The translations under genes were made by a program, and so were the position numbers. From Eledone cirrhosa (lineage: Eukaryota): DNA of 64,000 nt. The notes under the pieces were generated by a model. That model searched no databases. It was not told the origin of the DNA and saw only the letters and a list, made by a program, of their open reading frames with translations. The DNA is taken from positions 62,001 to 126,000 of the forward strand of contig CAXHJY010000416.1 in NCBI GenBank assembly GCA_964016885.1, read 5' to 3'. Numbering within the stretch: the stretch's first letter is position 1; the number at the start of each line of letters is the position of its first letter. Positions 41,220-52,844 of this stretch are shown one piece after another.

Positions 41220-41313
41220 ACCCCTTGAGAAGATCGGCTATTTAAATACCAGGATAAATTTTCATTTAGTCCAGAATTAGCCGTCGAAACGGCTTGAGCT
41301 CAGCTGTCGGGGT
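41220..41313 (+). ncRNA. type I hammerhead ribozyme, U3-A8 variant (right arm)
   Basis: stem I ACCCC/GGGGT, core TTGAGAA, stem II GA(T)CGGCTA/TAGCCGTC, GAAA, stem III ACGGCT/AGCTGT, GUC cleavage after 41308. Confidence 0.75.
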
Positions 41314-41323
41314 CTTACTGGTT

Positions 41324-41373
<50 letters not shown>

Positions 41374-41452
41374 GTATGTATGTATATAAATATATATATA
41401 TATATTATGTATGTATGTATGTATATATATATATATATATATATTATGTATG

Positions 41453-41500
<48 letters not shown>

Positions 41501-41640
41501 GTATGTATATATATATATATATATTATGTATGTATATATATATATTATGTATGTATGTATATATATATATTTATATATATATATTTATAAAATATATATT
41601 TATATAATATATATTTATATATATATATATATATATATTT

Positions 41641-43307
41641 ATATTAAAATACAAATATTAATAAAATAGATGTTCTTTTGATCAATTAAATTTTATTAGA
41701 CATATTTCGGAGGTACAACATTGTCTACATTCCAAGCCTCGCATAAGACCAGGAAAAAACAGTAAGCAACCAAGCCTGGTTTTTAGACGTACATCATCAA
41801 CTGTTGAAAATATAAATCTTAATGGTTTATAAAACTTTAATATTGCTTTATCTTCTAATCATCTATAAAGGAAATAACGTTTGTATGAATGACATTTGTT
41901 TAATAACATGCTGGCATGTTGATATACATAACATATGGCTTTTTGGATATTATTAACTTTGATCCAGACCTTTATTTCTCTATCTTTATTTTTCTATCTC
42001 TGTTTTAAATATAGTTTAAATATCTAACCAGTAAATTTTTACGGACCTTATTTTGAACTGTTGATCATTCATGCGTCTACATTTGTTATATATATATATA
42101 TGTATGTATTTTATTTTATAGTTATGCATGTATGAATCTATTTTCGAAGATTATAATCGTTTTCCTTCACCAAAAGTATACTGTCTCATTAATACTTAGT
42201 ATATCTCTCTATATGTAGTTTTTGCAAATATGTTTATATTGTATAATATAATTCATAATTATAGTTAGGTACTTCTCTGTATATATTTTTGTGCATTTAT
42301 GTTTATAATGTATAATAACATAATCATAATTATTGTTCAGTATAACGCTATATATAGTTCGTGCAAATATATGTATATTGTACAATTACATAATCATTAT
42401 TTCGAGTTCGTTCTTCCCTTGAAGGTAGAACTAATATAACGATTTAATATAATATAATAAATAATAATTTATAGTCCTCTTATTATGATAAATGCACACA
42501 CACATATATATATATATATATAGCTGAAAACTCTGCGTTAATTATTATACTTTAGACAGTATATCTATTTAACAATAAATTCCTTGATATTTATAACAGT
42601 AAGTACTTCATAAATTATGCATACCGAAAATGTTGACACTGTTACAAGTAAATTTGTTAAAGATTACCTTTATGTGAATATTGAACAGTATATTTTACTT
42701 TCGCGGGCTTAGTAAATCCTTTAAATTTGCTTTCATAAAACTTTGAATTTTAGAAATGTAACACATTTATAAAATTTATAAAATTAACACAAATAACCAT
42801 CAACTTTTGATTCTTCACCCTAAAATAACAAATTAAATATTTTGAAATTGAACCGCTAAGTCTATATGTGTCCGATGAAAATTTCTGCATAAATTACTCC
42901 CCTTTATCTCTCCCCCTCTTTAATTATCTATCAGTTGCTTTCTCAAGCCAAAAACTTATAACTCCAGAGACGTCTTCCTCTATAATCCTAATTGTAGTAT
43001 CCCAGATTTTAAAAACTCTATAACTGTTACATTAAAGCAATGTTTTTCTTACTCACACCTTCTCTATTGATTCTATTACGTTTTCCCATGTTCTCATTAT
43101 TAGGGTATAAATGTTGAGTTTTCTCATACGTTAATCACTACCTTGATTAAATCTTAACCATCTAACATCTCAGGGTATGTCATGTATCAATTTATTTTAT
43201 CTGATGAAGACGTACTGTTGAACCTGATTCACGTACCTCTGAAATATGATTAATAAAATTTAATTGATCACAAGAACATCTATTTTATTAATATTTGAAT
43301 TTAATAT
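41641..43307. mobile_element. older AT-rich element with ~75-bp inverted ends and a minimal hammerhead-like motif (43194-43259)
   Basis: 41641-41716 is the reverse complement of 43233-43307; ATTTTAT-CTGATGA-stem II-GAAA...TA-ATAAAAT. Confidence 0.6.
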
Positions 43308-43546
43308 TATATTAATAACTCAGGAAAATATTTTCTTGTAGAGTGCTTCCAATCTACTGTAAAACTCATTCTTTGATGTACTCATTCAATCTTGTTTAAC
43401 TCTTTAATATATATATATATATATTATGTATATATTATATATATATATATATATTGATATATATTATGTGTATATATATATATATATATATATTATGTAT
43501 ATATATATATATATTTATTAAATATGTATTTATATATATATATATT

Positions 43547-46500
43547 GGGGGCAAATATTTAGTTTGTATGAGATGAAAGAATGGTATTCAACTAATGTAA
43601 TCGTACGCGATGGGGCCCACCCACAGCCCCGGCGGACAGAATGGAGAAGGCGTTTCCCCGGAGGATGGCAAGGGAGATGCGCTGGAAAAGCCACTCCAAC
43701 TCGCGGGGCTCACACCTACGGCTGGCCAGCTCAGCGCCTATGGTGGTGAGTAAGGAGGTAGCCCTGGGGCCGAGGACACCAGAAGTTTCCATTGCCAGAG
43801 GAACGACCGCGAACCTGTCGGAGAGCGACCGGTATTTGAGGAGTTTGGCCCCCTCAGCCCGACGTGCAGCAGAACCTGGATCAGTCGCATCTGCACCAGG
43901 TTGCGGCTGCAGAAAGAATTGGTGCAAATGGCATCCCAGACTAGGGGTTTGCCACTGCGGAACGGGAAGATGGTCATGCCATCTGCCCTTTTGCCGTCCC
44001 CTCGATCCAGCCGGCTCGAGCTGGGAAGGGAAGCCTGCAGCATTTAAGCCATGCTTAATGACCTCGTTGAGGGCAGTATGGCGTGGAATGCAGCCGGCAC
44101 TGTGGCGACAGGAAAGCGGGTGGAGGCCGAATGAGTCCACGGAGGAACCGCAACGACATTGGTGTGGCTGGCAGATCCGGAGGCCGAGCCTCAGGGAAAC
44201 GCCGATTCGCAGGCTATGGTTGTCTAGCTGCGTGCCAGTGGAGAAGGAGGGCAGAGCATGGAGCCAGGCACCACTGTGGGGTTTGGAGGCCGCACGAAAA
44301 CAAGCAAGGTGGTGCTGGTCGAGCTGGCGCGTGAGCCTGTCTGAGGCCAGACTGCACTGGATGGCATCCCAAGTGCGTTGGGGGGGATTTGACATCAACA
44401 GGGGGAGAAGGAGGAGGGACGTCTACTGAGCTAAGTCCCAGCCGGTCCCACGTCTCACAGGCGGCCTCACGTTCTCTGAACACAGAGGGTTCTGTTGTGT
44501 TTTGAAGAACCCTGCTGACGAGGATGCGGCACGAGGTTACTGACGAAAGATACGCCGGCAAAGCTAGTGACATCGGGGACCGGAGGCCTAGGCCGCCATA
44601 CCTGACCGGTAAAGTGGCCTGTTGCCACCCTATGTCGTCAAACTTGACGTTGCATATCTCCTCGGCTGCTGTTCGGATAAAAGTATCGAGGTCAGCGAGG
44701 AGAGGTGTCTGGGTGTAGCATGGAGCACTGTGGAGTGTATAGAGGAGCATTGGGATGGCCAAGCAGTTCCTCCGCAGAAAGAGAGCTGGGTGGCCGTCAA
44801 TCAAGCCCAGTCGGCTCGTGAGAGTCTGGAGCTGTTGAAGCCTGGACCTGATGGTGGAGCGGATGGCCGGCGGGTGGATCGGTGACCCGAGGATGAGGAC
44901 ATCATCTTTGGGGGTCACCTGAACCTGGTGGAGAATGGACCGCACATCCAAGACGGAGGCTGCAAAGCTCACAGCATCGAGGCTGACGTTCACCACCTCT
45001 GACTTGGCCGAGGTTGACCCGGAGGCCGACTCCCGCCAGGGCAGGAATCACCGATTGAAGGTCTTGGCAGACCGTCCGTACGGGCCCGCCCAACGTAGCA
45101 TCATCCAGATACCAAACGTTGAGAGGGGCCGTGATACTCCGGGCGATGTGGTCAATACCAAGGGCGAACAGGAGGGGTCCCAAAGGGTCGCCCTTTTGGA
45201 CCCCAGTAGCCGAGGGTATGACCGTATCAGCAGCTAGGAGCATGCTCGGGGCTCCACATGACAGGTAGGCAGAGGGGGATCGGCTGAAGCAGGCCTCGAG
45301 CAGATGATCCCGGCGTAAAGAGTTAAAGGCATTCCTCATGTCAAGCTTGACAATGAGGTGCCTGGAGTCCCTGGATGCCGGTACCGATGGGCAGCTGCTG
45401 AAGAACTGCCTGATTGCATGAGAGGCTCCCTCACAGCCACTGGACACGCCGACACCCAGTTGCACCGGACTAAACTCCTCACGCAGTTCGTGTGTGACGG
45501 ACGTGCAGATCACCTTGGCAGCCAGCCTCCGGAAGACATTGCCCACAGCAATGGGGCGTATGCCACCCTCTTTCTTCCTGAGAGCGGTGAGGCTGGTTGA
45601 AAAAAAGAGGCCTCCGGAGTAAGGGTCGAGGGCACCATGAATGAACCTATTGGTGAGCGCCACAATTGCACTCAGAAGGCGGCGCCCGGCCTCAGCGGAG
45701 AGGGGGGATGTCAACTCCTTGAGGTGGCCTGGTCGGAGACCATCAACACCTCCGCAGCTGCTAGCTGGGAAGGACCTGATAGCGGACATGATATCTCCAT
45801 CAGTAGCCACAAGGAGCAGGTGGGGGTCGGGTGGGGGTATGGGTCTGAGATCAGTGGGTGGCTCAGGGTGTTTGAACCGCAGAGCAGCCAGGATCTCCTT
45901 GGTGGGTTGGAGGACAGTGTCCTCTGAGGCAACAACTCTGACTGCGGCCGAGACATCACCCATGATAAGCTTTGCGTTTACCTGGTCACGCAAACGCTTG
46001 GCGCTGGCCTCGGGGGTGGAAGATAGGGGGTACCTGAGGGTGGGGTGTGTGGCGTCCCTGGGCACACTTGGAATGGGCGCTCGCCCAAATGACGAGACAT
46101 TGGCCTTGACGAAGGCTGCTGTTGACCGGCCGCCCCGGTCAGCACCAGAGCTGGGGAGGACGAGGGTGAGTGGGGCGAAATAGAACAGCCACTCCCAGTC
46201 ACTGGCTCGACTGGAGTCCAGGGCGCTCTCAATCGACGAAGCGAGGGCATCAGCCACCGGCACCCGTGCCGCTCTCGGGATCCTGAGTGGGATCTTCCGG
46301 AGCCGCCTGAGCCGGGTGATGTTGACCAGCGAGGCTCGGGCGTCAGGCAAGCTCGTGTCCCATCTGGTGGTGTGCCAGACGGCCGTGGCTGGGAAGACGT
46401 GGGGAAGAGGCAGCTCCTGCACCTCCACGCTGCGAGGGCATTGGAAGCTCGACGAGTCAAGCCAACGCAGGTGAGGTGGTGGAAGCAGCCACACCCCAAA

Positions 46501-46676
46501 CAGTTCCGGCCCCTCTTCCGTTTGTCAGTAGTGCCGCAAGTGCTGCAGGTGTTGATTTGGAGGGGCGGAGGATGTGGTGTGGTGCCGGGGACTGGGGCAC
46601 TGAGTGGCATCAGGGGTAGGTGGCTGGTGTGTGTGGTTGGAAGGGGAGGTGCTGGTAAGAGGGCAGCATAGCTCAC
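43547..46676 (-). mobile_element. CRE-clade-like non-LTR retrotransposon: PHD finger - RT - RLE endonuclease, several frameshifts
   Basis: GIRPIAVG, QLGVG..GCE, DMRNAFNS, GDPLGP, WYLDD, SGAWL, CRC..H..SC, RH, RADG..WDAIC, METSG spread over ORFs 45978-46676, 44902-46494, 44214-44996, 43592-44398, 43738-44043; markedly GC-rich. Confidence 0.88.
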
Positions 46677-47186
46677 CTATATATATGGAGGTGCCAGAAA
46701 ACGAGAGCGAAAACGGGCTGCATGGAGGGGGATACACAGGAAGGTAGAATGGCAGTAAATGAATGAGTGAATGGATGGATGTACACAAAAAAAAGGGGGG
46801 GGGAACAAGGCTTGTTCCCAGCGAAAAGATCCAGAATTCAGCATGCACACATGCGAGCAACTGACCAGTTTGTCAAAGACGATATTCTCAATGGACGCGC
46901 TTACAATATTTGAATATAACTGAACCGTCATGTCATTTAATTTTAAAAAATGGAGCAAAGTAAAAGGAAAATAGTGAATTTGGAGTGGCAATCCCTTGTG
47001 ATATTTTTTTTTTTTTTCTTCCAATACTGGACTTAGTTTTCCAGGATTTATACTCATTATTTTTTTTTTTTCTTCTTTTCCTTCAAAAGGATGGAGGCGT
47101 TTTATCTCCTCATAAAACTGACATTACATAATGATGTTCGTCATCTATGGCCTATTCATATGTATTATTTCATAACTCTATAGAAC

Positions 47187-47371
47187 GGGCAGTGGATTGG
47201 CAGTATCGGTAGAGGGTCGGACGCCATGCTTCCCAGCATAGTTACGTCCCTTTACGATCTGAGTTCAAATCCCGCCGAGGTTGACTTTGCCTTTCATCCT
47301 TACGGGGTCGATAAAATAAAGTACCAGTAATGTACTGGGTAATTGCTGGCCTTGTGCCAAAAGTAGAAACA
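47187..47371 (+). mobile_element. SINE family A, full length, 23-bp TSD
   Basis: ATTATTTCATAACTCTATAGAAC at 47164-47186 and 47372-47394. Confidence 0.92.
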
Positions 47372-48053
47372 ATTATTTCATAACTCTATAGAACTATTAG
47401 AATGCTTGTGCATTGTTCTGTGTCCAGCCAGGTTTGTACAACAGGTAAGAAAAATGATGATTCGATGACGGTTTCTTCTGATAGGAGCCTCTTCCACGTC
47501 GGAAGATCGAAGTGTGTTTTCTTGTCTTCTTCAATACTTTCATAAACGGCTTCGGAGATTTAAAACTTATGTTTCAATTGGTGCTTCCATTTCCACACGG
47601 TTCTATTGTCTTATTTACAAAAATATATATTTCTATATATGTTTGAAGTTCCTTGGAGTTGGTCAGAGTATCGCTTAAAGCTTTCTTTGTAGCGCCTATC
47701 CTTTAATTTATCTTTTTCAAAACAATTATATATTATGTATATATATTTATTAAATATGTATTTATATATATATATTTATGTATATATATATATTTATTAA
47801 AGAATTGCTGCTTTCACCCTTAATGTGAAAGCAGCAATTCTTTGCTTAAACTTTAATCTGTTATTTTAATAAATATTTGCTCTACAGTTCTTATATATTT
47901 GATATATATTTATCCTTATCGAACCCTCTTTGGATTTTAGTCTTCAAATTTATTATTATTAGTATATATATATATATATCAATTTATTATTATTTATTAT
48001 TATTAGTATATATTTATTATTATTAGTATATATATATATAATATATATATATC

Positions 48054-48230
48054 CTTTGGGAGCCCCTATATGGACACACTAGAAGTGGAAGACCAAGGTT
48101 AACGTATGTTGATGCCCTAAGGACAGACACTGGTCTATTGGAGACACAGGACATGGCAGCGATAATGAGGGACAGAGACCGCTGGAGAGAACTCGTCCAT
48201 GGATCTCGGGAATTTTACCCGCCTTAGATA
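48054..48230 (+). mobile_element. 3' terminal fragment of the RTE family at 27666
   Basis: reverse-complement match to 27666-27840, ending CCGCCTTAGATAGATA. Confidence 0.9.
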
Positions 48231-49534
48231 GATATATATATATATATATCATCATCATCGTTTAACATCTATCTTCCACGCTAGCATGGGTTTCATCATT
48301 TCATTTTATCATTTTATCATTTCATTTTACGTCCACTTTTCCCTGCTTGCAAGGGTGGGACGGGAACTGATTCTGGCTTGATTTCTACAGCTGGATGCCC
48401 TTCCTAACACCAACCTCATTTACAGTGAGTGCTGGGTGCTTTTTTGTCGTGGCACCTACACAACCACTTTGCAGTGGAATGATAGGGATCCCAGTCCCTA
48501 TCATCTCATTTCTACAGCTGAGTAAACTGGAGCAATGTGAAATAAAGTGCCTTGCTCAAAGAAACAACACATCACCCGGTCTGAGAATTGAACTCACAAC
48601 CTTTCGATTGCAAGGCCAATGCTCTAACCACTAAGCCATGTGCCTCCATATTTAAATATATAGTTCCTCAGAGGAATAACAACACACCCAGGAGCTAGAC
48701 ATATCGATGTATTGACTGAGTAAAACACACTTCAACAACATGTGTACCTGTCTTTTCCACACAAATTCAGACTGCCTGAAGAGGTCACAGCCAATGATAG
48801 CTGTCACCGAAATATATATAGCAGTAAATTTATAATTTATAATAAACGAAGCCAAATTTTACATATTTGACTTAATTATTTTATATATATATATAGTTAA
48901 AGAAATGACAACACAAACACAAGGATGCAAAAAAACAAAGTCTTATTAGTATCACGCTTAGAAGAAAGAAGAGGGTTCAGTGCTTCGGACGCAAGTCCTT
49001 CTTCAGGAAATGGAGAAGGGGGAGAGAGGGGGAGTGAGAGACTTCAGAGAGAGAGAGAGAGAGAGAACAGGTTGGAACATTGGAGTTTGGAAAAAAGACT
49101 AAGAAGGTTGTGGTGGTAGATGAGTGGGGGCCAAGGTAGAGAGTCCAGGTGTGTTATGGGTGTGGTTCTGTGTGTGCTGATGGGGTGAATTTCATAGGTG
49201 TGCATTATTGTTTCTGTCTGTGTGTGTATGTACAAATGTGTGTGTATGTACAAATGTGTCTGTTTTTTATATTGTGTGTGTGAATGTTTGTGCGTGTGTG
49301 AATTCTTTGGGTTTTTTTGTGTGCATGAAAATATGTGTGTGTGTGTGTTTATGTATGGGTATGTCTGTGTATGAGTGTGTGTGTGTTTATGTATGGGTAT
49401 GTCTGTGTATGAGTGTGTGTGTTTATGTGTGGGTTTCTTGTGTTCTCATATCCACACACTTAAACCCACAGCATAATATATGATATCTAAGAACCACAAA
49501 AGTAGTCTAACAACATTCATCCTGGAATACTTAC

Positions 49535-49639
49535 ACCACCATCAGCATAATCTTTCTTGACAACATCATGTTCTTGGAAATGCTTCTGAAGGATCTCTGC
49601 TGAATTAAAGGTTTTCATACACTGAGGACAAATGAAACC
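49535..49639 (-). CDS. EEA1: EEA1-like exon, C2H2 zinc finger 1 (GFICPQCMKTFNSAEILQKHFQEHDVVKKDYADGG)
   Basis: tttttcag acceptor, gtaagt donor, 105 nt, phase 0/0; GFICPQCMK matches the EEA1 Rab5-binding finger as I recall it. Confidence 0.9.
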
Positions 49640-52625
49640 CTGAAAAATACATAATATGATGATATATGAATATATAAATAAAATATTCCATTTTGGGAGT
49701 GTCAGTCATTTGTTAAATTTACCACTCCAACTTGTAATATGGTCATGATGGTGACATGACAAAAAGGACCCAGTTCAACCTATAAATTGATCGCGTTGGT
49801 GACCTAACAAAAAGCATTCAGTTCAACCTGTCAAATTGGTCATTTGGAACCATGATAAAAAGCACCCAGTCCACACTGTAAATGTGGTTGGTGTTAGAAA
49901 GGGCATCCAGCCAAATAAATCAAGCCAGAAATGGTTCTGTGTGAGTAAGACATGGTCATCTGATCAAACTTTTTTCACAATGAGACAACTCGTCTAACCC
50001 ATGCTAGCATGGAAAAATGGATATTAAACAGTTATGAGGATGATGATGATGCAGTATTGTATATGTTATTTGTGTGTGTAATGTGATGTGATATCATATG
50101 ATATGATATATATGATATGATATATAGTATGGTGGCAAATAAACAGAATATCAGGTAGAATACTTTGTGGTATTTCTTCTGGTTTGCTGCACTCTGAGTT
50201 TATATTCCACTGATGTAAACTTCACCTTTCATCTTTTTGAAGTCAATTAAAAAGGTGCCAGTCTAGTAATGAGGTTGATTCTTTTTCCATATCTCTTTCT
50301 CATTTCTTCTTTATCACCCTCTCTCTCCTTCTCTGGAAGAAATCAACTTTGTTCAGACCTGGAGAGGGATGCGCTCCACCAGGTTTTAAATGCCACTAAC
50401 AACTCCACCAGGAAACCACAACAATAATATCTTCCAACTCAGAGTATAGTAATATATTGGATAAAACCAATTTAGACCATTACAGTTGCATTGAAACACA
50501 TATTAGAAGTATCAATATATGAAATATTGAATAACTACATCTCAGCTTCTATCATTTTTCCACAATTTCTGATCTAACTGTGAAATTTCCATTACGGCAG
50601 CTATTGAATATAAAACTAATTTTCAGCGAGTTCAATTTAGTGAGGCCATGAAATACCACCCCAGTGTGTGGAAACTGCGAAACATCACATTTAAAATTTA
50701 CAGTGTGGAATAATTTAAAGAAAGAAATACTTGCCAATTTCTATAATACTGAATTTGTAATAAAAGTAAGAATGTAGAAAATATTGAAGACATTTAATAG
50801 TCTGATATAATAATGGTGAAGTTATTTCTATTATAACTCCATTCAAATCTTGAATGTAATACATGAAGATAACTTGACCTCAGTATTTGACTGATATTTT
50901 ATATTAATGACCACAGAAGGTAAAGTCAACCTCAGTGGTATTTGAAATTAGAATGTAAAAGAGCGTAACTTAATACCACTAGGCACTCAGCCATCTGACA
51001 CTTTGACAACACTGTCTCATCAACATCATCATTTAACATCCATTTTACCTACTAGCAAGGGTAGGACAGGTCATCACAGACTAAGTCAGTACTTAATTAG
51101 ACTACTTATCTCTCAGCCTTATCTTGCTTACATGTTCCTGTACTCCACAGAGTGCACTATGCATTTCATTAAGGGTCCAGCATTTGAGAGGTCATCATGT
51201 CTTTGACACAACTGAAGAGTCCTCTACCTATTTTTTGGCAAGTTTTCTATGGCTAGATGCTCTTCCTATCAGAAACTCCTTTACAAATAGTACTGAGTGT
51301 GTTTGTCATGTAGATCACCAACTCTAAAGGGGTTGTTGTGCCCTTGACACAACTGAAGAGTCCTCACAACCCTTTTAGCCATTATTTCTACAGCTGGGTG
51401 CCATTCCTCTCACCAATCACCTTACTGGGTGTACTGGGTATGTTTTATTGTGGCACCAACACTAGGAAGGCTGTCGGTCATTGATTCAAAAGCCAATTTG
51501 TTCATAATTGCATTGAAATTAGAAGAAACAAAAGAGATGAGGATGCATGAAAAACATACTTTTTCATTCTTAAAGACAAAATAAATGCAGACAAAAATTC
51601 TACAGACAATACATCAGAAACATGCTGTACAAAATAGGCAAAACAAATGGGATTTTAAAAACACAGATGAAACAAATTTTAGAAGCTACATTATTAACCC
51701 TTTAGCATTTAAACCAGTCATATCCAGTCAGAATTCTCTCACCTCTTTCTGTTCAAACCAGCCATAACTAGCCACTCATACTGATGTTAAGCTATTGTTC
51801 TCAAAATAAACAATATCAAAATCTCATAGATTCGATATCATGTGAGATAATTATGAGATTCAGCCTTTACTGTGAAAATATGATAGTAAATATAGAGTAA
51901 TGTAAATGCTAAAGGGCTAAACAACAACTACTACCATCACCATCATGGCCACCACCAAATTTTACTATATGTATCTGTGTATGTAAAAATGCTTTAACCT
52001 AAATGTTGTATTGTGCATGCATACACACAAACACACACACACGTGTACACACACACGTGCACTTAAATATTTATAAAGGAAAGTTTAAATCAATATCAAA
52101 CTGATTAAATTAGGAAGTAAAACAATTGAACTAGGGTTTATTTGCAGAGAGAGAGAGATTAAGTATGTCTATTAAACATATACATGTATATATATTTACC
52201 ACTTAGCTACAAACATAACCATCACAGAACTTTAGTTAATATATATACATTGCCAATAAATATAATAAGCAGAGGCAGTGCCTGTTGTTCATCACATTTT
52301 TCAAAGGTAGATGTAAGCTACCCATTCTCCTTCTTTCTCTGTATTTGAGATGAAATAAACATCCCCGATGAGTGGGTAAAAGCAGGCAAAACTAGTTAAG
52401 TTGTTCTTCAATCCATTCTACAGACAGAGACCTGTGGTTTATCCAAAGAATTTATGATTTATTTGTGCAGCAAGGTTAGTAGATTCATTAAACAACACAT
52501 GCAAATTCATTTACAACTATATATATTTATTTATTATAAGTACAGATTAAAGTTTAAGCAAAGAATCGCCACTTTCACACTTTACAGAATCCCGTGAAGG
52601 GTGAAAGCAGCAATTCTTTGCTTAA

Positions 52626-52844
52626 CCCTTTAGCATTCACATGACTCTATATATACTATCGTATTTTCATGGTAAAGGCTTTACCTCACATAATATCTCA
52701 CATAATACTGAATCTATGAGATTTTGAAAGTATTTATTTTGAGAACAATACTTTAACACCAGTTTGAGCAACCAGTTACAGCCAGTTTCAACAGAAAGAG
52801 GTAGAGAATTCTGGCCGGTTTTGGCCAGTTTGAACATTAAAGGG
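52626..52844. mobile_element. piggyBac-type MITE (CCCTTTA..TAAAGGG ends) with TTAA TSD
   Basis: TTAA at 52622-25 and 52845-48; other copies ~14545, 19153, 51694-51920, 57438, 58335-58563, 60074-60290. Confidence 0.88.

Larger units (their letters stand above)
36901..41328 (-). mobile_element. Penelope-like element with inverted pLTR arms (36981-38330 / 39978-41328)
   Basis: RT + GIY-YIG ORF between arms; arms differ at only ~4 positions seen by eye; flanked by (TA)n. Confidence 0.93.

Noticed and set aside
43641-46671. Plus-strand ORFs over the CRE-like element
   Set aside because: Antisense shadows of GC-rich coding sequence with no recognisable motifs
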